Assembly: GCA_973895155.1 (NCBI GenBank)
Contig: OZ316895.1
Span: 15,878,816 to 15,942,815 of the forward strand
Length of the DNA stretch: 64,000 nucleotides
Origin: Marsupella aquatica
Taxonomy: Eukaryota; Plantae; Marchantiophyta
Direction of reading: 5' to 3'
The translations under genes were made by a program, and so were the position numbers. How positions within the stretch are numbered: the stretch's first letter is position 1; every line of letters begins with the position of its first letter. Positions 51,001 to 64,000 of this stretch are shown in pieces. The notes beneath the pieces are model-generated. The model had not been told where the DNA came from and made no database searches. It saw only the letters and a list, made by a program, of their open reading frames with translations.

Positions 51001-54000
51001 CTAGCAACCCGAAATCCATTTCTCAAACCGAGCCAAATATGAGTTGATAACCCCTTCGGGAGTCGGGTCGAACTCTTCCATAGATATATGCGAGCCTCCG
51101 TCTACATTCTCCAACCTTGTATTCATCTGCTACCAGACGTCCTTGGTCATTATATATTTGCTTTACAGTCCTAGAAAACAATGCATGAATGAACTAAAGT
51201 TGCAGCTCTACATGTTTTGATGTGCTATGTACTCTTTCAAATGTCTCAAAACATATGTAGTGTAACTTAATATTTTTGACCTCAAGCTGCTTAATTAGAA
51301 CTAGCTGCTGAGACCTGTATTTCTGAGTAACCATATCGCGACGTCGAGAACGTTATCTACCTGGCAGACGAAAAGATTGGTCATGACCACAGGTGACTTA
51401 CAAGTAGTCAACGAAGAGTACAACTTGTATATAGCCTCGTTTAGAACTCGGTTTAGCATGAGCAGATAAGAGACATACTTGGACCATCATAGGTCGCGGC
51501 TCCGCCGACATAACTCTTTGATATTTCAGCATGTATCTGGGAACTGTTGTAAGCTACACATGAACCAGTCAACCGTGAACCATGAGCCATGAGCCAATCT
51601 GATTAACGAGCATTCATTGATGGAGAGAGCATCGTCAAACAGGGAACGTTTAAATGATTGATCACGAGAATGCCAAATTGGGACTTCATACAAAGGTATA
51701 GACCAGGAGATTCATAAGCAAAACATAGCGTTTATACAATGCTTAGATTGGTTCAAAAACATCTCCAAATCTTCGTGTCAGAACTCAATAGACCTGCCGT
51801 GTTAAATATTGACAAATATTTAGATAGCACAAATCAAAATAGCGACTACTGCAGTCCACTGACTTCTGGACGGACGATACAATCTAAATGCAATCTTGTG
51901 CACGAAGCAATTCTCAGTATTTAGAAAATATTTATACCTCAGTGAAGAATTCTCGACCTCTGTCTACATCTGCTGTAGACCTGTAAACTTGCAATTTTAT
52001 AAGCAATTCGCTAATTGCAGGCAGCCCAACGGCTCTGATTTTGTCACGGTTCAAATGTAGAACAAATTCATCGTCGCCGCGAAGTCCTAGTTCTAGAAAC
52101 TTTTTCCCATCAATTGAGCCTTGAGAACTTGTGCTCCATGATTTCGCATCGCGATCTGAAGCGTCTATCAACGTCCGCAGTATAGCAAATCGTCCCTGGT
52201 ACACTCGCTTACAATCCATCAGCATATTTAACAAACTGTATATATGGCAGGCCATTGTATGGACTATGGTAAGTTTTGACCCACTACCTCCGCAGTTTCC
52301 TGATGCATGCAAGCTTGATAGTTCGTGAATCTCTGTTACCGACTACTATGCTTGATGCACCTATTCGGGAGCTAGGATGGTAAGGGTTCAAACGGTTAAT
52401 GTACCTGCATGTGCGCTTGCCTCCAGTTACCGGTGTCGAAGGAGTAAAAGTTTAGAGCTATAAACCCTGCTTTTACCTGCAAAGAGTCCACAGGTCGACG
52501 CCAGTACGTGTACATCATGATTTCAGAATTATCTTCATCGAGGTAGTCTGTTAACACCATTTTCTTAACCCTATTAAAAAATCTAACCTGCGTACGTTTT
52601 ATTCACCGGAGTCACATGACTATCACCATCACTCAAAGTCCAGCTGAACATTGCAATTCACTTCTGTGGATTTCGTTTTAAAGCATCTAAGCTTCCTGCA
52701 AGTCCATCATCCCAAAGTTTGCTACCGCCGGTGATTATGAAAATCTGGAGCTCACCATAGTGAGCCAGTTAATGTACATAATGTCCTCTGCATGCTGACC
52801 ACAATATCCGAAAATTTCCAGTACCTGCAGGGACAGGCATGGTATGTTTTAAAGTTGAAGACTCTCACTCATCTATCTTCGTCGTCAATTCGATATTTTT
52901 TTCGTTATATATCGTTATAGCACCAATGCACAATGTCCAATCTTCAAGTACTAGCGCGAGGGATTAGACCAACAGGGTTTGATATCCAGACTACATGCTT
53001 TCCGGTTAAGTGATCATTCTTTGAACGAGGTACTTCGATTGGACCTGTGACATAATAATCTGGAAACTGTCGAGCTACATATATCAGAATCGCCACGCAC
53101 CTGGGGAAAGGTACTGAGATATATCCCAACACAATCGGCCCGGCATTCTTCGTATGATGAGCTTATTTGGCCGAACACAGAATTCCATGATTCACCCGGC
53201 CTGTAGCACGTTCGTACCATTTCGTCGAACAATGGATGCCTTACCTGCACACGTACAGCAACAGTCGATCGAGAATTAATGAAAAGTACTTTCCAGGGTC
53301 GTCGGCCTGTTGCTGATTGTCGCAGCTAGTAAACATAAGTTTTGTCGATGTTGGAGACTCAAGACATAACACAAGACACTGAACGGCTTATCAGTGATGA
53401 AAGTACGACACCCGCTGGCTACGTAGTGAAAGTCGGGCGTCGTGAACAGAACCTATATATCCAGCCAGTATTAACGTCAACCATTCTTTTAATTCATATA
53501 TGAGAGGAAGGTTGGTCATCACATTGATCAGCCTCTAGAACTGTACTTTGAGTAGGAAATTAAAGTAACTTATCCTCCGACCTGCTCCGCGGAAAGGTTT
53601 AGGACTTCGACTTATATCGTCAAGGGTGGTGGCTAGTAGCCTCAGAAATTTATAATTGAGCTTTTTCAATTTTTAATGGAGATTCTACGATGGTGAACCT
53701 TACCTTTCCTCGAGCAAAGTTGTAGGCACCCTCTCTGTCTTGAGTGAAAAGCTTCCCGGATCCATGCCCAAGAAGTTCATGACAGCCAAGCTGAACGCTC
53801 AACACGTCTTGCTGGATTTTCTTCAAAAGCTCCGAATCTTCATCCGTCACAAAGGAAATCTATATTGATGGATCCAAGTTAGCAGTACCCTCAAGAGAAG
53901 GGCTATGCTCGACTGAATCATATTTATGTTCTGAATGAGAATCGTTTGCGAGAATCAGACCGAGAATCAGATCGACATATAATGACCTTTAAGAACTTAG

Positions 54001-57000
54001 GTTTGATCTATTTTTATATGGGCCGTACCTTGTTGACGCAATCACATGCATCAAGAGCGTTCGAAACGCACAGATTTCTTGAGCCGTGAACCTGGAACAA
54101 TCTCAGTTATGTGACACAATTAATTTGGATCTAAAACCTGAGTTCGACCTCCTGTCCCAATTCGCTCTGAAAGATCTGGTAAATATGTTCCAGCATGCTA
54201 CAATGGATAGCTTCCTTATGAATTTGAGTTTCGAAATTTGATATATAAACGAACAGTAACAGTGGACAGCTTCCTAACAGATTTGAGCTTACAAACGAAC
54301 AGTACACCCCGCCCTTTTGCAATCTTGAGGCAAAAAAGTGGCCTTCTTTTCTGAGAACACAGATTATGTTGAAAATTACATTCGAACACTTGAAGAAATT
54401 GAAGCACCTACGTATATGGTGCTTAATTACCTGGCGTACATCTTCATAGTTTGGAAGGTTGAACGCGGCTGGAATAGTGCTATTTACATACACAAAAGCC
54501 TGCAGTGAGAGGTCACACGCGGCACAAATTAAGAGTGGTACTCAGCACTTGGACGAAAAGTGGGACTGGCAGCTAGCAGGTGATGGCCACAGTAGTCTCT
54601 AGCTTAGAATGCTGGAAATAAGGACTCAAACTCACTAATTATGGACAGGCTGAAATTGAATCATTTTTAGTTCCCAAGGGCCTCACCTCGATACACGTGA
54701 ACGCTGGACAATTAAACGCGTCGTTCTCGAACTCCTTTGGCCATGGCAGAGAGGGTATCAGAAGATTCGCGTTGTCGACCACTGCCTCAAATTGTTTGCT
54801 GGCAACCTAGGCCACGATGAAAAACAAAAGATGTCAAGAACAGTCTTTATGTTGGATGTAAATCGCAGCCAATCAGGGCTACCTTGAAGGGACACACTTA
54901 GCTGGCAGCAAATGAACCAGTTGACACTACTAAATCCGGAAGTGTGTTTCCGCCGGACCAATTCAAGTGTGTATTCGAAAGGAACAGTGTCTTAATCGTA
55001 CACCCTAGCTAGTTTTCATTTCCGTAGGGTCAGAGGCGATTTATTGATCTAGTAGGAGATCACTCAGCGAGAAACCAACTCCAAAGTGGCGGAACTATTA
55101 CAATGAATTAAATAATGAACATCATGATACTTCTGGAGTGTTGCGCTTTATACATTCTGCTTTCCAAAAATGTGTTCAGGTCCATGGTACCTTATTTACA
55201 GTACCGATATATCCTTCAAATTCCGCCCGAGAGCCAATAGGATCACGGTACGTTTCGATGAATCTGCTGGCCGGGATGACAGCGAAGAGAAAATCACCAA
55301 TTAATATCATGACTAACTTGTCATTACGTGCGACCTCAAAGTACACAATGGTCTCTTTCACGGCACCGACCGATATCAACATTCCCCGTCACGGTTGCGT
55401 TTCCAAATAATTTCGGAGAATGAGCTTTGAAAATTGTCAATCGGCTTGAATTCTGAATTGTTCCCTAACAGTTTTCTGTCGACCTTGGAAAGTCGTACAG
55501 AAGACAACTTTGACTTTCGCCCTACGTATTATCATTAGTAAAGGTATACTAAAGGCATCCAGTTTGCGACCGAGCCATTTTGAATTGTACACTCATTGGA
55601 CCTAGGAGAAAAGCGACGACAATCAGAACATTGCTCCCGTATGAAGAGCATAGGCGAAATTTGTACTGAATCAAGCATATTCGTACACCTTGCGTTCTAC
55701 TGCTGATCCGCAACTATCTTAATGATCCAAGATCGAAGTATCGAGAGTGGAACATAGTCCGTATGTGTTATATCCATGAGGCCTCGATATAGGTACGAAA
55801 TATTAGTTAGACAACATTCATAGAAAACTGAAATTTGTTACTCAGTAATTCGCATACCCTTATATACCATTCAGGCGAGGGAATCCGAATCTTACCCTAA
55901 ATTGCCATCGATGACATTCTCGTGCCTCAGCCAAAGGACTTGACTAGTTTTATGGAAATTAATCGACCCGGTCTGTAGATAGTTGATGAAGCTGCATGTA
56001 TGCAAACCGAACAAGATGAAGTTCAAGTTATCGCATTGCCTTTCAGGAGAGAAGAAGTGAGGAAATGCGGACACCCATTTTGTCCAGCATTTTTTGCGTA
56101 ACTTCCAGTTCAGTTGGTTATACACTATCATCTAGGCGTCTAACTCACCAATTTAGCATCTCACGTTGAGCATCACCGTCAGCGTAAGGAAGTGCTTCTT
56201 TCAAGTGCCCCACCACATCTTCTAGATCGGTCCTAAAATCTCCATGGATGACATGAATGACGCACTTATTCTGCAGCCACAGACGCAAACCACCTCGTTG
56301 GTCAACCACTTTCATCGTAGTGTTAGGACTGGTCATTCAAACATACCGTCCCAATTCAATCGGCACCACTTTAGAAGATTGAACGTCAGTAAATTGTGTT
56401 TGTCAAAACATATATGTGCCTCTTCTCCTCTTGGAACTTGCTGCCTTTCGTTTCGCCGGAGTTGCACAGGCTACGTGAAACACCCTCACAAACTCTACGC
56501 TTCTTAGCAAGTGACCTCTCTAGGGAGTTAGACCCTCTCTGTGGAGTTAGACCGATCTTTCTGGACACTGTTACAAATTGTTGACATCTGACCCATGTTA
56601 GTAATCGCACCTTGTAGACATGGCTTGTCTTAGGAGATTCTAAGGAAGAGGCAACTCGAAGATCGAACTCCGGAAGTGTTCCATAAAGTCCTGTGCTTTC
56701 GCTCCTCCAGATTCGTGTATTCCACGGCTCCAAATTTGCATCTCTCATCCATTCCTGCAATTTATCAAGCGCAAGCCGGACCGACATTATATATATCCTT
56801 GCACCCTGTATGGATCGGCAAAATATCTTAAATTAAATGATTCCAAAGTCCCACGTAACACGTGCAGATGTTTCTGTAATCGATGCCAGTTGGTTGACCA
56901 TGAGCAAACACTACGTACGAAGGGACAAAAAAACTTGAGGTCCCAAATTTTGCAACATGATTTTCTTTAGTAATATATTTTGAATTTGAGATGTACACAC

Positions 57001-59108
57001 GGGATGATTATCAGCTTGACACGTATAATTTCGTACAGATTGCTTGTATGCCAAAATCTAGCAGCTGAGGCAACATATCACCATCGATCAGATCCTCGCT
57101 TCACAACCATAACCTTATCTTCTAGAATTTTAATAAACTTTGTTCACTGATAGAGAACATTGTACAGATTAATATTGCTAACCCAAAGCCATGCCGATCA
57201 ATGCTCTAAGAACAAAACTGTAATTATGCATTCCTTCATGCTTACCGCTACGAGTTCGGCTTCCTCCCGGGTTACATCCTTCGAGTAGTAAGCAGAATAG
57301 CCGCTTGGCGGCATTCCTAGTTGCCGTTCTCCTACGAAATGAACACGACCATTCAGGACGTTTGCAAAAGCCTTGGAATTGTCCAAATTAACGCAAAAAT
57401 CCAAATCTGATATGCTTTCCGATTCGTCTCAGGTATCATGGAGGGTGCAATCCAGCTTACAGGAAGGATGGATATATATATGCACTAACTATTTATTTTA
57501 TCGCATGCTGGACCAAGGCTAGCCAGGGACAAGGATTTGTTTCTACACTCTTTTATCCATGTGAGCGTACGCCAAAAACAGATCGATCAACTTAATTTCA
57601 TGGAAATGTTTGGCACATGACGTGTGTCTGAGGCTGGCAACTGACGGCGTCACTGATCAACAAATTAAATGACTTACTGGGCGATAGAGAGTAAATACGT
57701 CGTCGTCTCTTATCCCAGAGCGAGAGTAATCTATCCTTTCTGTGTCCCTGTGAGGGAAAGTAAGAAACAGCAGGCCAAGATTTAGTAACGGATCACTTAC
57801 TGTTAACCATCGTAGTTTCACTGCCAAATCGCCACTTCACAGATATTAAACAAGATCAATCTTAGAGTGTAAACTACGGAGGCATCAGATTATAATTGCT
57901 AGACCGAATTGAAAGGCCCTGGCATGGATGGAGACGTTGCAATTTTCATCTTAATTACCTGTAAAGGAGCATCTCGGACAATGACATCGAGCTTCTCCTC
58001 AGGGATTCCGGGCACAATTTTAAAATCTCCGAAACCGTAATAGTTGCCTATGCAGTGTTTATTATTAGCGAGCAGTGTTGGCCAGAGAGAACAAAAAAGC
58101 GACATCTGTAAATATTAAAATGCTGACGACTCACTTCTTCCAAATATACAGCTGTAAGACGACTCACTTCTTCCAAATATACAGCTGTAAGAGCAGTTAT
58201 GTACGTTCCGCGCCTTATGAGGACATTGCCTACCAATCATACTGGCGACGAGCTGATTCATCTGAAGAATAATGTACTCATGATGCTCGCTCCGCATCTA
58301 TCGTCTCATTTGAACTCACTGACACCATGAGATGACCGAGAGCAGTTGAAGTTGAAGACAAATACTACACTCAGAACTGTATACTACCAAACAGAATCCG
58401 TACGCACCGCCAATCCAATTTCTAAAGCTTTTACATACCAAGATTGCTGAGAAAGCAAGTAGAATAAGATATGAAAAATTTCCATTCTGTCGGTGTGACT
58501 CCTGCGAGATAACTTCGACTTTGTAGAACTGGTAATTCTGCTGAGGATAGAATAAGCAATAGGATCTTCAGAATATCCGGACTTTCCTGAAGTAAGGATA
58601 CAATTCGTTCATTAGATTTTCGAAGCGAGGTCGGTCAATCCACATCTGTCATAAACTTGCCTTGTATAGTACATGTTCCTTACGAACTTGTTGTTTACAT
58701 TGATTAACGTCAAAGAAAACAAGAAATATCTTCTATGATTCACAGCCTGTCCATATCTCGCACCTCTGAAATCTGGTGAGCACAGATCCGAGATCCAGAC
58801 CACAATGCCTGAGCGAAGTGATGAACAAACTGCCTCTGAGCGCCCGACAGCGAGTCCCAGGCTTCTTTGCAAGGAAGCCGACTCACTGGCAGATCTGAAG
58901 GAACCACATGGAGTCGTCTGATGTGCCAATCTGGTGACTGTTCGGGGACATTTCGTCTCAGTATCTTCGATGCCTTCTTAGACTCGAAGTCCTCTGTAAT
59001 CGATCTTGGCCTCGGAACTAACATGTCGAAACACCTTGCATTGACGGAGGTCGAGGAAGATAGTGAAACGGAACAAAGACTGCACAAGCAGAGCAACGGA
59101 AATTTCAT
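51001..59108 (-). CDS. DPP3: Dipeptidyl peptidase III (peptidase M49, HELLGH type), 19 exons, 774 aa, with a signal-peptide-like N-terminus
   Basis: Exons 59108-58764, 58586-58439, 58047-57959, 57747-57678, 57331-57246, 56754-56611, 56270-56149, 55991-55896, 55263-55191, 54806-54687, 54499-54431, 54091-54029, 53859-53704, 53244-53101, 52824-52756, 52476-52405, 52195-51938, 51553-51479 and 51126-51001 (2325 nt, GT-AG, no internal stop). Motifs: NLGNYYGFGD, GFIETYRDPIGSRAEFEG, LPWPKEFE, NLPNYEDVRQ, HELLGHGSGKL, SYEECRAD, WRQAHMQGR and LQVYRSTAD. Confidence 0.93.
58125..58191. repeat. Perfect 33-bp tandem duplication in DPP III intron 2
   Basis: GACGACTCACTTCTTCCAAATATACAGCTGTAA at 58125 and 58158. 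Confidence 0.9.
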
Positions 59109-61698
59109 TTTCTGAGCCAATGGAGCAGCTACAATCTAACACATATATGGCTGTTAAACTGTTTTACCCAGAGCTGGAATCGAAACAAGTTGTTCCCTTC
59201 CAATTATATTTCAGATATTTCACAGCAGTAGTTTTGTTGCTTACGAGAGCTCAAAGCCTCCAACCGATAGAGCAAGGCATACGGCGATTATGCTCTGAAG
59301 GCATGCACTAAATAGCAACTGTGTTCGTTCTCAAACGCGCCCGGCAATGAACCTCTACAAATCTGTTCAGCAAGGCTAGAAAATCTACAAGCCTTTTCAG
59401 AGAAGGGCAGAAAAACTAAGCCAGCAGACAGTTTCAGACCAACTGGTCGCATGCAGCTTCGTCATCCTCTATACTTCCAGTGCGCGGCTGATCGTTCTCT
59501 TGGGTATTGGATCATAAGTGGCTCTATGACTTCCCGGGTGTCAAAACTGTAGGATCGCCATGCGAGTTGTGCAGCGCCACTCAGCTGACTGTCGTTCATG
59601 AACATTGATCGACACATCCCTGTTTTTGATTTTGGAAGATCCAATTGAAACCAAGAGGTAGCTCGGCTATCGACGCCTCAGATAATGGATCCGTCAGAGC
59701 GAAGCAAAGAGAGTTACCGTAAGCGAGAGAATCTTCCCCGCATTTGAAATGCGGAGTGGGCTTTCCATTTTATCGCTGGTGTTCAACCTTCGGAAAGCCT
59801 GTGGATCTCATAAATGTCATCGGACGTAAGACAGAGCATCTCGCAAGGTGTCTTCAGAACGAAGAAATCTTTCTAATCCTCTCCACCAACTCATGACGCG
59901 AATTTCTTCAGTGCAAAAAGTACGCCACAAAAATGCACAGTATCTTCCATTTTCGCGATTACCAATCCATGTTCCCGATCAATTACAGTAGGGCAACTTC
60001 ATAAGTTTTTTACTCTGCACTGGCCTCCGTGCAGCAAGACGTGGAATCAATGCCATATGAACCCTGCAACGCTGTACTTCACAGTGACTAATATTTTATC
60101 TCTGAATCATAACTTGCCGGGGGTTCCTATCAGATAACAAGTTTTAGGGAGGGCAACAATCTTCAGGGAATGCTGAGGTAAGTGTGTAATCCTCCTACAT
60201 TCCGCACCCGCCTCACTCGATCTGATCGATTTTGGATCTAGACGACTCAATAGCTATTCCATCGGAAAAGGACGGATCTAGCTGCAGCAATGCGGTATTG
60301 GTAAGGTGCGGCCTTGTACACTGCTTCAAAGCTGAAAAGAAGAGAGTTCACACATGAAATGCGCCAGACCACAAGTAATCGATAAATCACGCTAAGCTGA
60401 CTACGATGGTGGAGGAAAATGCTGATGTGCTGCTAAACCGATCAATGGAGATTGCATTGAGCCCGTAGTCGATTTCGAAAGTCACGATGGATAGTAGGAG
60501 GGAATCCGAACGAAGACCTTGTTGTCAAGATGGAAGACAGGAAAAAGCTTCTGGACTGTACACTCATGCCAAACGATGTGTGATTTTGTTTGTTTCAGGG
60601 ATAGAAATCTTCCAGAGGGGTAGGAGTAAACCGGTTGTCTGCATTTATTGATCTCCATTCCGGGGTTAAAGCCTCGCCGACTTCATCAGTGCTATAGCTA
60701 CCGGTATGGCGTAATGTAGCATGAATGCACCATCAATAATTATAATTTCCGTAACGTATCGTGAACGCATCATACAAGCATGGTCATTTTCGGCGGCCGG
60801 TACGGCCAATGGTTAGGAGATCCAGATCCCTTTTTATAATGATCCAGCAATCTCCTTGTAATGTCCAATGACTCCATGGTTCTAGTGAAAATGCCTCTTA
60901 AAACGGAAGAGGACTTCAAAAAACGACTCGAACTTCCTCCTGGGCTACAAATTCTCCAAACAGATTGCCTCCTCGGATACAAGGATGATTCCAATCGTGA
61001 TACATAATTGATATATGATATATAATGTTATGTTTGTGTACGTTATCATTCTCATTCTGGATTGACAAACTAAAATCGACCGAGGGAAAGTCGATCAAGG
61101 ACTGGCCAGCAAACGTAGCTGGCTCGAGGTTAGTGAGGATATCAACATCCCTGGTCTGTACGCCCTCGTTTGGGCCCAAGAAAGCAATACAAAGAATTGA
61201 TCACGACAGCAATTATCAAGAGGCGCACAGCTTGGTTTTTTCTCATAGGTGACGTTGTAAATGCTACAAATGAAATTAGCTGTTAGTGGTCACTAGAATG
61301 AGCACTGCCCTGCCAGAAGACATCTTACCGGAAGCAAGATAGTACACTCGCCTACGTTGCTTCTCCTCGAGATCACATCCTATCATTCGTCTTAGCCTGT
61401 CAAAGAACAAAACCAACAAAAATGAGTCTTCCTAACACAAATTAAGCGGTCTGTCACGTTGGTCGATATCCAAACTAACTCGCTGTCAATGATATATATA
61501 CACCTCTGGTAGGAGACTGACTGCCTCGGATTTGCGAGTATCTGTCTTTGTACATTCCATCCAGCTACCAACTCTAGAACAGTCAGTGAAATTGTACGTT
61601 CCATCCAGTTATCAACTCTAGAAACAGTCGACAGTGAAAATGTTCTCTCGCGTACAAAGTGCTGACGTGCAGTTCGGCAGCGGTTCATGGACTGAAGG

Positions 61699-61921
61699 AA
61701 CTGCCATCATTTCAGAACGCCGGCTGAGTAGCGCCCTGTCGATCGGATCGCATGCCGAGACGATCCTGAAAGTGCCTCAGGTTAGTTGCCTCAGTGCTCA
61801 CTGATCAACGCAAACTGCCATCATTTCAGAACGCCGGCTGCGTAGCGCCCTGTGCCCCTGTCGATCGGATCGGATGCCGAGACGATCCTGAAAGTCAGAA
61901 ACTGCCTCACTGATCAACGCA
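61699..61921. repeat. Tandem duplication, about 114-bp unit x2
   Basis: AACTGCCATCATTTCAGAACGCCGGCTG...GCCGAGACGATCCTGAAAGT...CTCACTGATCAACGCA occurs twice. Confidence 0.9.
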
Positions 61922-62033
61922 CGGTGATGCTCGGGATGCCATTGGTTACTGTAGCCCTATCCCGGGAACGCTGCCTGACATCCGATTTACTCGGTACTCG
62001 TCTACTCGATCTTGGGGAGTACGGGAGCCTAAT

Positions 62034-62278
62034 AAGGCTTCCGGCATCGTTTGCAAAGTGAAAAAGTAGGTGGTTTCTGCCGAATGGAGTGCTGCCGCTG
62101 GGCCAGGGACAGAGGCTTCTGTCAGCGTTTCCGTAATGAAGCGTCTGGCGGTTCCGGCCCAATAGGGTGCTGCCTATGGGCCAGGGACCGGAGGCTTCCG
62201 TCATCGTTTCCGTCGTGAACAGTAGGTCTGGTGGTTCTAGCCCAATGGGGTGCTGTGGGTGGGCCAGGGCCAGGCCCA
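62034..62278. repeat. Diverged tandem repeat, about 80-bp unit x3, each with a CCAAT-like and a TGGGCC motif
   Basis: AGGCTTC(C/T)G.CA.CGTTT...C(C/G)AAT.G.GTGCTG...TGGGCCAGGG occurs three times. Confidence 0.75.
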
Positions 62279-63909
62279 CAACTCATGCAATTTAGTGACT
62301 AAGCAATGGGCGTCGGCAATCATTACTGTGCAAGGACAGCAGCACAGGTACTTCGACTTCGCGTTGCTGACTACCCTCTGGCATGAACGTCGTCGGACGT
62401 CGTCTCGTCGAACGACAGTTGAATCTCGAAAGCAATCTTTACGGACTATAAAAATAAAGACCTGACAACCCTCACGTTGGATGCCGCCGGTAGAGCAACA
62501 ACTACTGCGTGTAGACTAAGGTAGAGTAACAACAACTGAGTGAACGCTATATTATAAATTACTGAAAATGAAAACGAGAGGGAGCCAGCCCGAACGAAGG
62601 CCAGGGTAAATGAAGAGGCGAAACTGAGAAAGGAGACTTAGATCTGCTGATCTGTGCTCGTGGAACGGCGATTCACGCGGAGTGGACCCACTGTCCCACC
62701 TGCCACCATTATTTGTGTAGTGGAGATTCATGCGTAGTGGACCCACTCTCCCACCTGTGAGATTGATGAACCTCTCTCTTCTCTCTGGGTGGCTTTCCAA
62801 GAAGTGAGCGACTTTACAGGAAGGGAGGGGCACTTTTGACCTTTTTTCTACGACGAAGCTGGAGAGCACTTCTTGTCCTATAGGTATACTCTACGACCAA
62901 AACTTTCTTTTATAATGAAGCTCAATAGATAAAATTCTTCCTAGTAAAGTACAATCAAAGCTGCTCTCACTAGATGCAAATCTTACTAGTAAGGTGCAAT
63001 GGAAAGCTACTCCTTAGGTCTCCCGTGTAGAGCGAAGGACCTGTGTATTTTCTAAGTGCCAATTTTAGCCAAATTCCACCTCCCCAAAAAGTGTTTGCCA
63101 ATTTAACGTTCCTCACATTTTTCTTGTGTCATTGCCGCTTTCTCACGTAATCATGTACCCTATTCACCAAAATCTAATGGTCATCCTTAAATTTAGGGAT
63201 ATCTGACTGTCAGATATAATCCAGAGAAAGCTGACAAAAAAAATTCCTAGCATCTACTCCCTTAGAGCTCCTCACATTAGCCACAGTGGCTAAAAATTAA
63301 AAACCTTAAAAAATACGCTGTCTGGACTGTGACTTGGGACGCATAACTAAAATCTGGGGTGGGGGTGGCGAACAAACATTGGGGGCAAGGTCAGTCCCTG
63401 GACACGAGTTCAATGCAAGTACATGAGCAACAGCTGGGGCAACGGGCTTGCGTTCCACAGTGGGTGAACAGGGAAGGGAATTGAAATTCAATACCTATGA
63501 GGTGAACTCCTAATGACAGCAAAGGTGGCGCAAGGCATGGCAATGGAACTGCATGGGCATGCAAGGGAGCTTTCCGGTCCACACTCCACAGAGTGTACCC
63601 CGTGTATGCTTGAGGCCAGAGCAGGCTGAAATCTGGAAGGGGCAAAATTTCATCCCAGAGCAACAGCAGGAGTGGAACGTGCATGTTTGGATCAAAGCAC
63701 AATTGCAAGCTCGCGATGTCAGTTAAATGCATAGTTGGCTTGTGAAGTGTATTCCATGTGTGTTTGAGGCAACGGCAAACTGAAATCCAAATGGGGCAAA
63801 ACTTTATCCGGGAGCAGCATTAGGGGTGGAAGCTGCAAGTTCAGATTCAAACCCAATCAGAAGCTGTGGATGTGAGATGGCATACTGACTTAGATTGTAT
63901 TATTGACAA

Positions 63910-64000
63910 CTAGCCCCATGCCCGTGCGTTGCACGAAAGATTTAGAGTGAGGGCAAGATTTCGAGGGGATGGCAAGATGTCGATGCGAGGTCAAGATGTT
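63910..64000 (-). mobile_element. Helitron 3' terminus (element runs beyond the window edge)
   Basis: The minus strand reads TTCGTGC-AAC-GCACGGG hairpin, CATGGGG, CTAG|T (CTAG at 63910-63913). This is the same hairpin as at 12431-12447. Confidence 0.75.

Noticed and set aside
860-59108. Functional gene cluster (two E3 ligases, PARG, peptidase)
   Set aside because: These are unrelated housekeeping genes from different compartments. Shared orientation alone is not evidence of a cluster.
60770-61252. Short minus-strand ORFs of 74-87 aa
   Set aside because: No recognisable motif or consistent splice structure; not supportable as a gene without a search.

Overview
Eukaryotic, intron-rich nuclear DNA from a land plant. 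It is most likely bryophyte-grade such as a liverwort, inferred from protein similarity and gene structure; there is no direct marker. I could splice six protein-coding genes by hand with GT-AG junctions in consistent phase. Five lie on the minus strand: a DEAH11/12-type DEAH helicase-RBR E3 ligase (860-7267), the chloroplast E3 ligase SP1 (15102-18289), a TMEM87/GPR107-family 7TM protein (27307-30011), a poly(ADP-ribose) glycohydrolase (36900-42522) and a 19-exon M49 dipeptidyl peptidase III (51001-59108). The only plus-strand gene is an intact aldo-keto reductase (23571-24664) with ascomycete-like protein sequence and compact introns. It starts about 140 bp after an abruptly truncated SINE-tail repeat array and is the best candidate for fungus-to-plant horizontal transfer, although a chimeric assembly is not excluded. 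The DPP III is also atypical for a plant: it has the animal/fungal HELLGH hexapeptide, no Nudix domain, a signal-peptide-like N-terminus, extra cysteines and an Asp496-to-Asn change. Intergenic DNA holds a copia-like solo LTR with a 5-bp TSD, Helitron 3' ends, a tRNA-derived SINE, a MITE family that stacks side by side, LINE remnants and many short tandem or inverted repeats. All family assignments come from remembered motifs; no searches were run.
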